From positions 1 through 48,490 of the forward strand of contig CANRDV010000002.1 in the NCBI GenBank assembly GCA_947629475.1: DNA of 48,490 nucleotides, given 5' to 3'. This document shows, piece after piece, positions 1-7,960 of this stretch (its first letter is position 1; each line of letters opens with the position of its first letter). A program made the translations under genes and the position numbers. The DNA is from an uncultured Bacilli bacterium. GTDB lineage: Bacteria > Bacillota_I > Bacilli_A > RF39 > UBA660. The notes beneath the pieces are model-generated. The model was not told the DNA's origin and did not search any database. It worked only from the letters and a program-made list of their open reading frames with translations.

Positions 1-6
1 TATATT

Positions 7-47
7 AAAAAACTTTGCAATCCTTTTTATAATATGGATTTGCAAAG
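7..47 (-). terminator. Rho-independent terminator-like hairpin downstream of the truncated istB
   Basis: Arms 13-23 (ctttgcaatcc) and 36-47 (ggatttgcaaag) form about 11 bp with one bulge. On the minus strand the hairpin is followed by TTTTTT (reverse complement of 7-12). Confidence 0.45.
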
Positions 48-61
48 CTTCTAAAAATTTT

Positions 62-478
62 TCATGATTTTATCCTGTAAGTTAAATGTCTATTTTTAGC
101 TGCTTCTAATCCAATAGCAGTAGCAAGGTGGGTTTTACCCACCCCTGGACTACCTATAAAGATAATATTTTCATGATTTTCTAAAAATCTTAAGTTTTTA
201 AAATCTAATATTTTCTCTTTATTAATAGATGGTTGGAAAGAAAAATCAAAATCTTCAAATCCTTTTTTATAAGGAAAATTAGCTGTTCTAACACATCCTA
301 AAATTGATTTTTCATCCATTAATTCAATTTCTAAGTTTGTAAGTTCATAAAGAGAATCTACAATATCTTTTTCTTTTGAATTAATTAAATCAATATAAGT
401 ATCAATATTTTCTTTAACCTTAATTAATTTTAAAGTTTCTAAGTTATTTAATAATTTGTTATAATTACTCATTTTCAT
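62..478 (-). pseudogene. istB: IS21-family IstB helper ATPase, 3'-truncated (138 aa)
   Basis: It has an IstB-like N-terminal region followed by Walker A GSPGVGKTH. The ORF stops about 25 aa after the P-loop, whereas full IstB is about 250 aa. I found no continuation in any frame. SD AAGGAGAAT precedes the ATG. Confidence 0.75.
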
Positions 479-893
479 ATTCTCCTTCTAATTCATAAAT
501 TAAATTTTCTACAGCATTTGTATGCATAGGTATATTTTTTAGATAATGTATTAAACTATCAATATCTTTAATGGTTTTAGGATTTAAAATATACCTATAT
601 GCCTCTTTGGCATCTTTTTTAATATCTAGCAATATAGCATCAATTTCGTTTTCAATATCTAATATTCTTTTAGTTTTTAATTTCATTTCGTACTCCTTTT
701 CTAATTCAATTATTAACTTTTTTATATCCTTAATACAATCTGGTATAATTTTTATACTAGTTTTTAGTTCATCAATATCATAAATACTTTCTGGTGATAA
801 TATATATCTATAAGCTCCATCTAAATAATTATTAATATCAGTTAAATTATTTTTAATCATTATTTCATTATCTAATAATAAATTTCTTTTCAT
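465..893 (-). CDS. Hypothetical 142-aa protein with an internal two-fold repeat, located between istA and istB
   Basis: A strong SD (aaaaGGAGGattaaaaaATG) lies 17 nt after the istA stop, and the stop overlaps the istB start. The two repeats are AYRYILSPESIYDIDELK...LIIELEKEYE and AYRYILNPKTIKDIDSLI...LIYELEGEYE. Confidence 0.5.
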   Translation of the reverse strand: MKRNLLLDNEIMIKNNLTDINNYLDGAYRYILSPESIYDIDELKTSIKIIPDCIKDIKKLIIELEKEYEMKLKTKRILDIENEIDAILLDIKKDAKEAYRYILNPKTIKDIDSLIHYLKNIPMHTNAVENLIYELEGEYENE

Positions 894-910
894 TTTTTAA
901 TCCTCCTTTT

Positions 911-2107
911 TTATTTAGATAATCTACCAAGTAATTCTAAATTTTTCTTGGTTAATTTTTCAATTTCTTCTGCACTTTTATAAGGAATAACTGTAGCTAA
1001 AGCATCTTTGTAATGTTCTTCCTTGTAATTAATCTTATTAGAAGAAATATCGTGTATTGTTATTAATTTTTTGTTATAATAAATATAAAGTTTATTATCA
1101 ATTTCGTTTAATTTTACGGTTTGATTAATATACTTTTGTGGGACTGAATATTGTCTTCCTTTATAATTAACAAGTAATCCATTAGATACCTTGGCTGGAA
1201 TCATAGTATCTAAATAAGAATCGATAATTTTCTTGTTTGGTAAAGGTTGTAAATATTCTTTTTCTTTTGTAAATAAAACACTTGGAAGCATTCCTGTTGT
1301 TTGACTAACTTCATTATTTACAAGGATGTTTATTTTTTTTACTATTTCAATCAACTCTTCTTCATTAGAAAATTCATAATCATATGGTAATAACCAATTT
1401 ACAAAGCGATTACATGATTCGTCTTTGCCTTTAGTTTCAGGAGACTTTACCTTACATTTTTTAGGAATAAATCCCATATCTTTAGCAAAGTTTTTAAACT
1501 CTGTAGTAAAAGCATTTTCAGAATAATTAACTATACTAGACATGTTATCAGTTAAACATTCTTTAGGAACTCCATTTATAAATTCAAAAGTTTCTATTAA
1601 ACATCTTTCTACTGTTTCAAGTGTCATAAATTTATTATAAACATATTTACGATATCGTGATGCTCCAAGAGTTGCTGAGAATATGTAAAATTGTATTTCC
1701 TCTCCAGATTTAGTATGAAGAGTGATTGGTCCTTTCCAATCAAATTGAAGTTGCTTTCCATATTCTGTTTCAAATCTAAGATGTATTTTTTTATTTTTCT
1801 CAATTTCAATTCTATCTTTTAGATGATTATTTACATATTTTCTAAAGTTAGAATAACTACCAATGTCATTATCTACATTTACTACAATAAACATATAAGT
1901 AGCTTTCTTATTGTTTCCTGGTATAGATAGTTTTTCTACTATTAAATCATCGTATTTTGCTAGTTTAGATAATCTTTTCTTTCTTGGTGGTTTTTCTTCT
2001 CCATTAAGTAGCTGATCGTATATTTTCTTTACTGTTCTTCTGTCCATGTTGCATATTCTACCTATTTCTGACATGTTTGGTTTTATTCCTTCATACTTAC
2101 ATCTCAT
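911..2107 (-). CDS. istA: IS21-family transposase IstA (HTH plus DDE/rve core)
   Basis: The N-terminal HTH region (MSEIGRICNMDRRTVKKIY), the LQFDWKG catalytic-core signature and the size all fit IstA. The likely start is the ATG at 2107, behind GAGGAG. The ORF track begins at a GTG at 2122. Confidence 0.85.
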   Translation of the reverse strand: MRCKYEGIKPNMSEIGRICNMDRRTVKKIYDQLLNGEEKPPRKKRLSKLAKYDDLIVEKLSIPGNNKKATYMFIVVNVDNDIGSYSNFRKYVNNHLKDRIEIEKNKKIHLRFETEYGKQLQFDWKGPITLHTKSGEEIQFYIFSATLGASRYRKYVYNKFMTLETVERCLIETFEFINGVPKECLTDNMSSIVNYSENAFTTEFKNFAKDMGFIPKKCKVKSPETKGKDESCNRFVNWLLPYDYEFSNEEELIEIVKKINILVNNEVSQTTGMLPSVLFTKEKEYLQPLPNKKIIDSYLDTMIPAKVSNGLLVNYKGRQYSVPQKYINQTVKLNEIDNKLYIYYNKKLITIHDISSNKINYKEEHYKDALATVIPYKSAEEIEKLTKKNLELLGRLSK

Positions 2108-2223
2108 CAATTCTCCTCTCACATTTTGCTGTTAATTTTTAAATTATTTGAACTATTTTTTTGCGATTTTGAAAAAATTAAATTATTCTAGGTGATAAAA
2201 TAAAATTAAAAATTTTGTAATAT

Positions 2224-2380
2224 ATATTTTCACCTAAATTTTGAGCAAACTTTTGGAAATAGGCAATGGTATGATAGGCTTATATTTGCCAGCTGGCTTA
2301 AATGCTAGCTGGCACAAGCCATTAAATTCATACCATTGGGTTCATATTTCCAAAAGGAAATTAAAATTTGGTGAAAATAT
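2224..2380. repeat. Imperfect palindrome / long hairpin of about 155 nt
   Basis: Matching arm blocks are attttcacc(t)aaatttt / aaaattt(g)gtgaaaat, ttttggaaata / tatttccaaaa, caatggtatga / tcataccattg and gccagc / gctggc. The centre is near 2302. Confidence 0.6.
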
Positions 2381-2556
2381 TATTAATATACCAGTTAAAA
2401 TAAATTTTTAACTTATTATATTTACTAATTTTTTAGACTATTTTAATTTTTAAATCGTTAGTGATAATATCGTTAAAATTAACATTTTGCATTTCCTTTG
2501 TCACCTCCTCATATAGATTATAACAAAAGAAATGCACTTTTTGGGGTTTATTTTTC

Positions 2557-2599
2557 ATGTACATTTTTGTACATTGTTATTTTCCCTTTTTTGTACATT
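2557..2599. repeat. Three direct copies of (T)TGTACATT
   Basis: Copies lie at 2557-2565, 2567-2575 and 2591-2599. They may be IS21 terminal or subterminal transposase-binding repeats. Confidence 0.4.
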
Positions 2600-2957
2600 T
2601 CTATAGTATCATTAACATATATTATTTTCTATTTAAATTAAAAAGAATATAAAATTTAGTTTGAGTTTATACAAATTTTATTAGTAGTCTTGAATACATT
2701 TTTAAGGCAATGATTATTCTATATTCTTATGATCTATATAATCAACTTGACGAGATAATGATAAGCATTAAGATACATAATAAAAGATACTTTCAACTGA
2801 AGTAACCCTATACTTATTATAGATTAAATTTATTATATCTCTAAAATTGGGGAATAAATAACTTGGGTGACCTGCATCTACAACTATACGATATCCATTA
2901 TTATTCATTCATATTCACCCTACTTTAGTCTATGTGTTTACCTAGATTTGGTTACTT

Positions 2958-3467
2958 TTATTTAATATTCTTAAAAATGTCAATCAAATAATCAACTATT
3001 TTTTCATTTTGCATCTCATCTAAACTATTAACAAGTCTATATTCACTATGCTCATCTTCTTGTAAAACAATATCAGAAATACTTTGATTATCTAATAATT
3101 CACATTCATACACTAATCTTGTAAATACTATATCCTTTTCTTTATCATAATTACTATCTTCATGTAAAATACTTTTAACTTCAATATCTAAATTAACTTC
3201 TTCTTTAGTTTCTCTAACAAGAGCATCTCTTGGTAATTCTCCTAACTCTACCATTCCACCAGGTATATCCCAATAATTAGGTAAAGAATTAGGTTTACTC
3301 CTTTTTATTTCAGTTCTTTTAATTAACAAATATTCACCATTTATTTCTAGTAAACCATGAACTATTAATCTATTCATAAATTTTACACTTTCCTTTATTT
3401 TTTTATCTAACTCATTTCTAAAACTAACTTTTTTATCACCAAATATAAATTTAACAAAACAATACAC
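2958..3467 (-). CDS. NUDIX hydrolase
   Basis: The Nudix box is GGMVELGELPRDALVRETKEEVNL (Gx5Ex7REUxEE). The true start may be the internal MNRLIVHG at about 3377. Confidence 0.8.
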   Translation of the reverse strand: MYCFVKFIFGDKKVSFRNELDKKIKESVKFMNRLIVHGLLEINGEYLLIKRTEIKRSKPNSLPNYWDIPGGMVELGELPRDALVRETKEEVNLDIEVKSILHEDSNYDKEKDIVFTRLVYECELLDNQSISDIVLQEDEHSEYRLVNSLDEMQNEKIVDYLIDIFKNIK

Positions 3468-3519
3468 AAAAATCGGTAATCTGTATATATTTTTGTTAAA
3501 ATAGATAAATTTTCTAACT

Positions 3520-3924
3520 CTAAATATATTCTATATCATTATCTTTGCACCATTCTATAGCAAGTTCCTTATACTTTTCCTCTCTAAATTTATACCAATC
3601 ATCAATAACATCAAAATTAATACAAGTATCTTTAAATCTTCTAAAGGCTCCTTTACCATTTATTGCTATATATAACTGATTATATAATCTTTCATCTTCT
3701 ATCCCATCAATAAATTCTGCCATCATACTATATTCGTCAATATAATACTTTGTTGGTAAAATTATATATTCTTCATATATTCTTTCTTTTTCTTCTTCAC
3801 TGATATCAATATAATCATCTATGTAAACAATTTCCAAATTTTCTGGATTTAAATAAGCAGTTGTATCCATTCCATCATTAACAAATTCTAAAGCCTCTAT
3901 TATATCGTTTAATTTTACTTTCAT
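3520..3924 (-). CDS. UPF0158-family protein, copy 1
   Basis: The ING KGAFRRFKD motif and the 134-aa size fit UPF0158. SD AGGAGAA overlaps the upstream stop. The gene is nearly identical to 20440-20844. Confidence 0.7.
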   Translation of the reverse strand: MKVKLNDIIEALEFVNDGMDTTAYLNPENLEIVYIDDYIDISEEEKERIYEEYIILPTKYYIDEYSMMAEFIDGIEDERLYNQLYIAINGKGAFRRFKDTCINFDVIDDWYKFREEKYKELAIEWCKDNDIEYI

Positions 3925-3934
3925 AAATTCTCCT

Positions 3935-5338
3935 TTATTCTATAACCTTATTATATTCATTTTTCATCTCAATAGGTGTCCATCCATTATTTACCCATAT
4001 TCTAGAATTATTATATATTTCCATTAAAAAACTTAATATTTCTTGGAAATTTTGCTCTGTAATCTCTACTCCATACTCTTTAAGTATTTCAATTGAATCA
4101 TTTATATAAGTATTTCCTAATCTATACATATCAGAAATTTTTTTAATAATAACTTCAATAGCATCAAATGGTATATGCATTTTCTTTAAATATTTTTTAA
4201 ATTCCGTTTTAGCTTCAGTCTCTTCATAATAATCATAATTAGAATATTTAAGTAATTCCTCTAATTTAAATTTCTTTCTCCTTATTTTTTCTTGCCTAGA
4301 AATAACATCATCTAATATTTTTTTTAAATTCCATTTCTTTAAAATTTTATTAACAAAATACGTGTTATGCTCTCTAAAAATTGTATCTATATTATCAACT
4401 CTATCACATGATGACAAAGCACAAGTAGAAACTTCTAATTCATCACCATTTCCATAATATAAACTATAATAATAATTTAAATAACTATCTGAAACAACTC
4501 CATATAATTCAATCATTGATCGAACTAAATTATACATCTTTGTATTTTCATCTACTATTTTTTGCATTTTCATAAAATCAATATTTTTAACAACATCATA
4601 AACATCATTGGTCATAGAAATATAAAATTTATTTTCTCTTCTAAATGTAAATACTAAGCCCGAAACTTCTAAGAAATGATATGCTTCCACACTTATATTA
4701 TTATCTTGAATAGTACCTTTATTTTCTATTAAATCTTTTAGCAAATTAAATTCTTTATCTATAAATCTTTCAATTAAATCCGTTAGTTTATCTTTATTTA
4801 TAAGTGAATTATAAACAATTTTAACAAGTTCTTTTTTAGGTTTATTACTTAATTTATTAACATACAAAAGATCACCTATATTTTTTAAATCACTTACTTT
4901 TAGAGTTTCAAGTATTTCTTTTAAATCTTTATTTATTGGAGTATTTTCTGCATGTTCTAAATTAAATTTTGCAGCAGTTGATATAGAATCTAATAATTTA
5001 TTAATTATTTGTTTTATTTCAGTTGGAATATAATAAGAATAATAATCTCCATTTTTATAAACAAAAACTAAAAGTGAGTCTAAATCTTGCATATAAAAAG
5101 CCTTCATTTCAGAATTTTCATAATACATTAATCTTTCAAAATACATTTTAGTAAAATCATCATCTTTAGATTCATTTAAACAAAACTCAAAATCATATAA
5201 AATATAATCTTTTAATTCATATATATTTTTAACTCCAAATTCTTTAAACTTTTCATTAAGTAAGTCCTTATCTAAGGCTCTTAAGGAAGATAATAAGTCT
5301 TCTTTTCCCCTTTTTATTAAATATTTTTCATAATTCAT
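3935..5338 (-). CDS. Hypothetical 467-aa protein, no recognisable catalytic motif
   Basis: A long ORF with SD TAGGAG lies 15 nt downstream of the HipA-like gene and is coupled to the UPF0158 gene. Confidence 0.6.
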   Translation of the reverse strand: MNYEKYLIKRGKEDLLSSLRALDKDLLNEKFKEFGVKNIYELKDYILYDFEFCLNESKDDDFTKMYFERLMYYENSEMKAFYMQDLDSLLVFVYKNGDYYSYYIPTEIKQIINKLLDSISTAAKFNLEHAENTPINKDLKEILETLKVSDLKNIGDLLYVNKLSNKPKKELVKIVYNSLINKDKLTDLIERFIDKEFNLLKDLIENKGTIQDNNISVEAYHFLEVSGLVFTFRRENKFYISMTNDVYDVVKNIDFMKMQKIVDENTKMYNLVRSMIELYGVVSDSYLNYYYSLYYGNGDELEVSTCALSSCDRVDNIDTIFREHNTYFVNKILKKWNLKKILDDVISRQEKIRRKKFKLEELLKYSNYDYYEETEAKTEFKKYLKKMHIPFDAIEVIIKKISDMYRLGNTYINDSIEILKEYGVEITEQNFQEILSFLMEIYNNSRIWVNNGWTPIEMKNEYNKVIE

Positions 5339-5353
5339 ATTTTACTCCTATTT

Positions 5354-6538
5354 TTAATTACTATTTAAAACTAATTCTTTTAATTTATTAATTTGTCTAT
5401 TCAATAAAATACATAATCTTTCTATTCTTCTATCACTTATTTTTGTTAAATCTTGATATTGATGTAATAAATTATTAAACCATTCAACTATACCATCTAA
5501 TTTACTTATATCTATTCTTTTTAAATTCTTTACAATTTTTATTATTTCATCAAAAGGTTTTATTTCATAGAAAAATCTTCCATTACCAGAAATAAGTATA
5601 TCTTCTTCATCATAATATTCAATTTTTAAACTTTCTCCGTTATCAAATATTGGAGCAACATCTAACCATTCCAAAGTATTAACATCTCTTATAATTCCAA
5701 AGTTATTTAAATGTCTATCTTCATTCATAATTATGTAATCTAAAATAAACATATTTTCAAGTTTCTCACGAGCATTTTTTATATTATGACTTTCTAATTT
5801 TTGGATATACTCTTCATAATCTTCTATACTATCATGTCTCTTCATATCATTTTTTATTTGAGAACAAGTAATAAATTCTGTATCTTTAGTAATAAAGCAA
5901 GGACATTTAGATACTACTATATCTTTATATGTATCTATCTTATATTCTACATGTTTAAAACCTAATCTCTTACATATTTCACTAGCTAATGCTTCATTAA
6001 AAGGCTGCAATATTTCAGTTTTATACCCACTTTTTAATAAATATCTTGTTCCATTTTCAATAATCCAAGCTTTCTTTAACATTCCGTCTGTTGTATTATT
6101 TGGTGTTTTTAAAGATTCCTCTTTTGTTATTTTTTTACTATTAGTTTCAAAAGATGCTTCCATAAACTCAGCATAATCAAAATCATTATCAAAGAAATTA
6201 ATATCATCATAATTTATATTACTATCATATGGTTTTAACCAATATTGATCGGATAAAGATAATCCAAAAGCTTTATCTAACAGTTCATAAGGTGCAGTTA
6301 TATTTAATCTATGTAATAATAAATCTAATTTATCACGCCATGAAGGAATTCCTCTTCCTTTAAACCATTCACTTAAATTAGTTCTAAAAGAAGTATCATT
6401 TTCTATATAAAAACTTTTTAAAATATAGGGAACATAATCAATGTTCTTAACCTCATATATTTTAGTAAAAACACTTGTTGCATTATCATATTCAGCTATT
6501 AAGACTTCAATGTTTTTATTCATAAGTATACATTTCAT
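5354..6538 (-). CDS. HipA-like serine/threonine kinase (toxin-type)
   Basis: The motif MNEDRHLNNFGII matches the HipA C-terminal catalytic-loop signature (D-x-H-x-x-N-F). The size is about 395 aa. The likely start is the ATG at 6538, behind GAGGTGA. The ORF track starts at a GTG at 6547. Confidence 0.7.
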   Translation of the reverse strand: MKCILMNKNIEVLIAEYDNATSVFTKIYEVKNIDYVPYILKSFYIENDTSFRTNLSEWFKGRGIPSWRDKLDLLLHRLNITAPYELLDKAFGLSLSDQYWLKPYDSNINYDDINFFDNDFDYAEFMEASFETNSKKITKEESLKTPNNTTDGMLKKAWIIENGTRYLLKSGYKTEILQPFNEALASEICKRLGFKHVEYKIDTYKDIVVSKCPCFITKDTEFITCSQIKNDMKRHDSIEDYEEYIQKLESHNIKNAREKLENMFILDYIIMNEDRHLNNFGIIRDVNTLEWLDVAPIFDNGESLKIEYYDEEDILISGNGRFFYEIKPFDEIIKIVKNLKRIDISKLDGIVEWFNNLLHQYQDLTKISDRRIERLCILLNRQINKLKELVLNSN

Positions 6539-6553
6539 AGAAATCACCTCATT

Positions 6554-6598
6554 TGTAAATATTTACATTATTATATCACAAAATACTTAATAAATCAG
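6554..6598 (-). promoter_or_regulatory. Putative promoter of the HipA-like operon with a perfect 14-bp palindrome over the predicted transcription start
   Basis: On the minus strand the -35 is CTGATT (6593-6598), the spacer is 17 bp, and the -10 is an extended TGaTATAAT (6570-6575). The palindrome TGTAAATATTTACA lies at 6554-6567. Confidence 0.35.
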
Positions 6599-6619
6599 TA
6601 GGTTTGATTAACTTTTTAA

Positions 6620-7815
6620 TAATTTATAATACATAGTGACCCCCAGGTTATTATGTATTTTTTTAAAAATGCGATATAATATAGGGCTAAAGGGAGGAGG
6701 TGAAAAATATGTGGACAAGTTATCAAGAAATGTATTTTAATATTGGTAACGAGAAAAAGCTAATCGATAAGAGATTAGAAATGGTAAGGTTTGCTAAAGA
6801 AAATGGAATAAAAAAAGCGGCAAGATTCTATTCATGTAGTAAGAATACAATAAAGAAATGGTATAAAAGATATGCGGCATATGGATTGAATGGATTGTTA
6901 GATAAATCAAGAAAACCTAAAAATAGTCCCAAAAGAATAAAACAAGAAGATGCCAATAAAATAATTGAAGTATCTAAATTGGCTAAAGAAAAGAAGAAAC
7001 ATATAACTGTAAAAAATGTTAGAAAAGCATCTGGAATAAATGATTATTCTGATGTAACAATAAATAGATATATCAATAAATCTGTTGGAAATAAAAGAAA
7101 TAAAAAACATGTTCTAAATTCTAGTGGAGATGTTAAATGGAAAAAGAAATTGCTTCCATGGCAATTAATTCAAGTAGATATAAAATATTTAACTGATATA
7201 GATAACCTTAAACCTTATTTTGTTAGTAGTAAAAATAACTATAAAGGTATAAAAGTAAAATATCAAATAACTGCTAGAGATGTAGCAACTGGATTTGCAA
7301 TAGTAGCATATTGTGAAGATAAATCTCTAACTTATACAACTATATTTTTGGAAAAAGTCTTATATCCATTTTTACAACAATTTAAAGGTTTAGATTTAAA
7401 GACAATAACCATTCAAACCGATAATGGTCAAGAATTTACAAATAAATATAAAAGAACAAAATATCAAAATCCTGTTGATTCTTCTTTCACAATATTTATT
7501 GATGATAAGTTTAAAAAACATAGAACAAACACTCCATCTCATCCTACTGCTGATAGTGATGTTGAAACTTTTCATTGGTCAATTGAAAGAGATTGCCTTG
7601 CTTGGGATGATATTGTTGATGATGAATTTTTAATTAAATATACTAATCTTTATATGCAAGAGTATTGGAATTCTATGATTAAAATAAGAGGATATTCTCC
7701 TATTGATAAATTAAAAGAGACATATGATTTATCCAATATCGAATATCCTATGCCCCAAATATTAAATGTGTAATCTCCCACAGATCACGTTTAATATTAT
7801 ACACTAAATCCAATA
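6620..7815 (+). mobile_element. IS481-like insertion sequence, ends not resolved
   Basis: A single transposase ORF with its own TATAAT (6675-6680). I could see only weak terminal inverted-repeat similarity (tataata..gtga at about 6622-6640 versus about 7785-7810). Confidence 0.4.
6709..7773 (+). CDS. DDE transposase, IS481-like (HTH plus rve integrase core)
   Basis: The N-terminal HTH is AARFYSCSKNTIKKWYKRYAAYGLNGLLDKSRKPKNSP. DDE-type blocks are VDIKYL, TDNGQEF and HWSIERD. SD AGGGAGGAGG lies 8 nt before the ATG at 6709. Confidence 0.75.
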   Translation: MWTSYQEMYFNIGNEKKLIDKRLEMVRFAKENGIKKAARFYSCSKNTIKKWYKRYAAYGLNGLLDKSRKPKNSPKRIKQEDANKIIEVSKLAKEKKKHITVKNVRKASGINDYSDVTINRYINKSVGNKRNKKHVLNSSGDVKWKKKLLPWQLIQVDIKYLTDIDNLKPYFVSSKNNYKGIKVKYQITARDVATGFAIVAYCEDKSLTYTTIFLEKVLYPFLQQFKGLDLKTITIQTDNGQEFTNKYKRTKYQNPVDSSFTIFIDDKFKKHRTNTPSHPTADSDVETFHWSIERDCLAWDDIVDDEFLIKYTNLYMQEYWNSMIKIRGYSPIDKLKETYDLSNIEYPMPQILNV

Positions 7816-7816
7816 A

Positions 7817-7960
7817 ATATACAAATTTTAAAAATTCTTTGATTCTTTCTTATAAGAAAGAATGCCTGTCCGGCTAGGACATTTGCAAACCTTTCCTGGC
7901 TTCTTTGATTACTTTCTTTTCCATAAAAGAAAGTAATGCCTGCACGGCTAGTGCAAATAA
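7817..7960 (+). repeat. Tandem pair of double-hairpin units of about 55 nt, homologous to the ISL3-internal module at 24643-24760
   Basis: Units lie at 7835-7889 and 7901-7958. Each has an AT hairpin (ctttctt..aagaaag) and a GC hairpin: gtcc-ggcta-ggac at 7868-7880 and gcac-ggcta-gtgc at 7942-7954. Confidence 0.7.

Larger units (their letters stand above)
62..2598 (-). mobile_element. Degenerate IS21-like insertion sequence (istA, extra ORF, truncated istB)
   Basis: The three co-oriented genes are translationally coupled. The candidate istA-proximal end is a set of TGTACATT repeats at 2557-2599; IS21-family ends begin 5'-TGT and carry multiple repeats. The distal end is missing because istB is truncated. 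Confidence 0.45.

Noticed and set aside
571-783. A set of short antisense or overlapping ORFs from the six-frame track. They are 571-783(+), 1624-1809(-), 6907-7110(-), 7424-7633(+), 13912-14097(+), 15380-15604(+), 19373-19576(+), 23298-23513(+), 31369-31584(-), 33938-34141(+), 35355-35597(+), 38285-38512(-), 40595-40828(-), 40665-40988(-), 40816-40998(+) and 42116-42325(-).
   Set aside because: Each lies inside, antisense to, or out of frame with a much longer ORF that has recognisable motifs. Their translations are low-complexity and rich in Ile, Leu, Phe, Lys and Asn, as expected from AT-rich sequence. None has a convincing SD.
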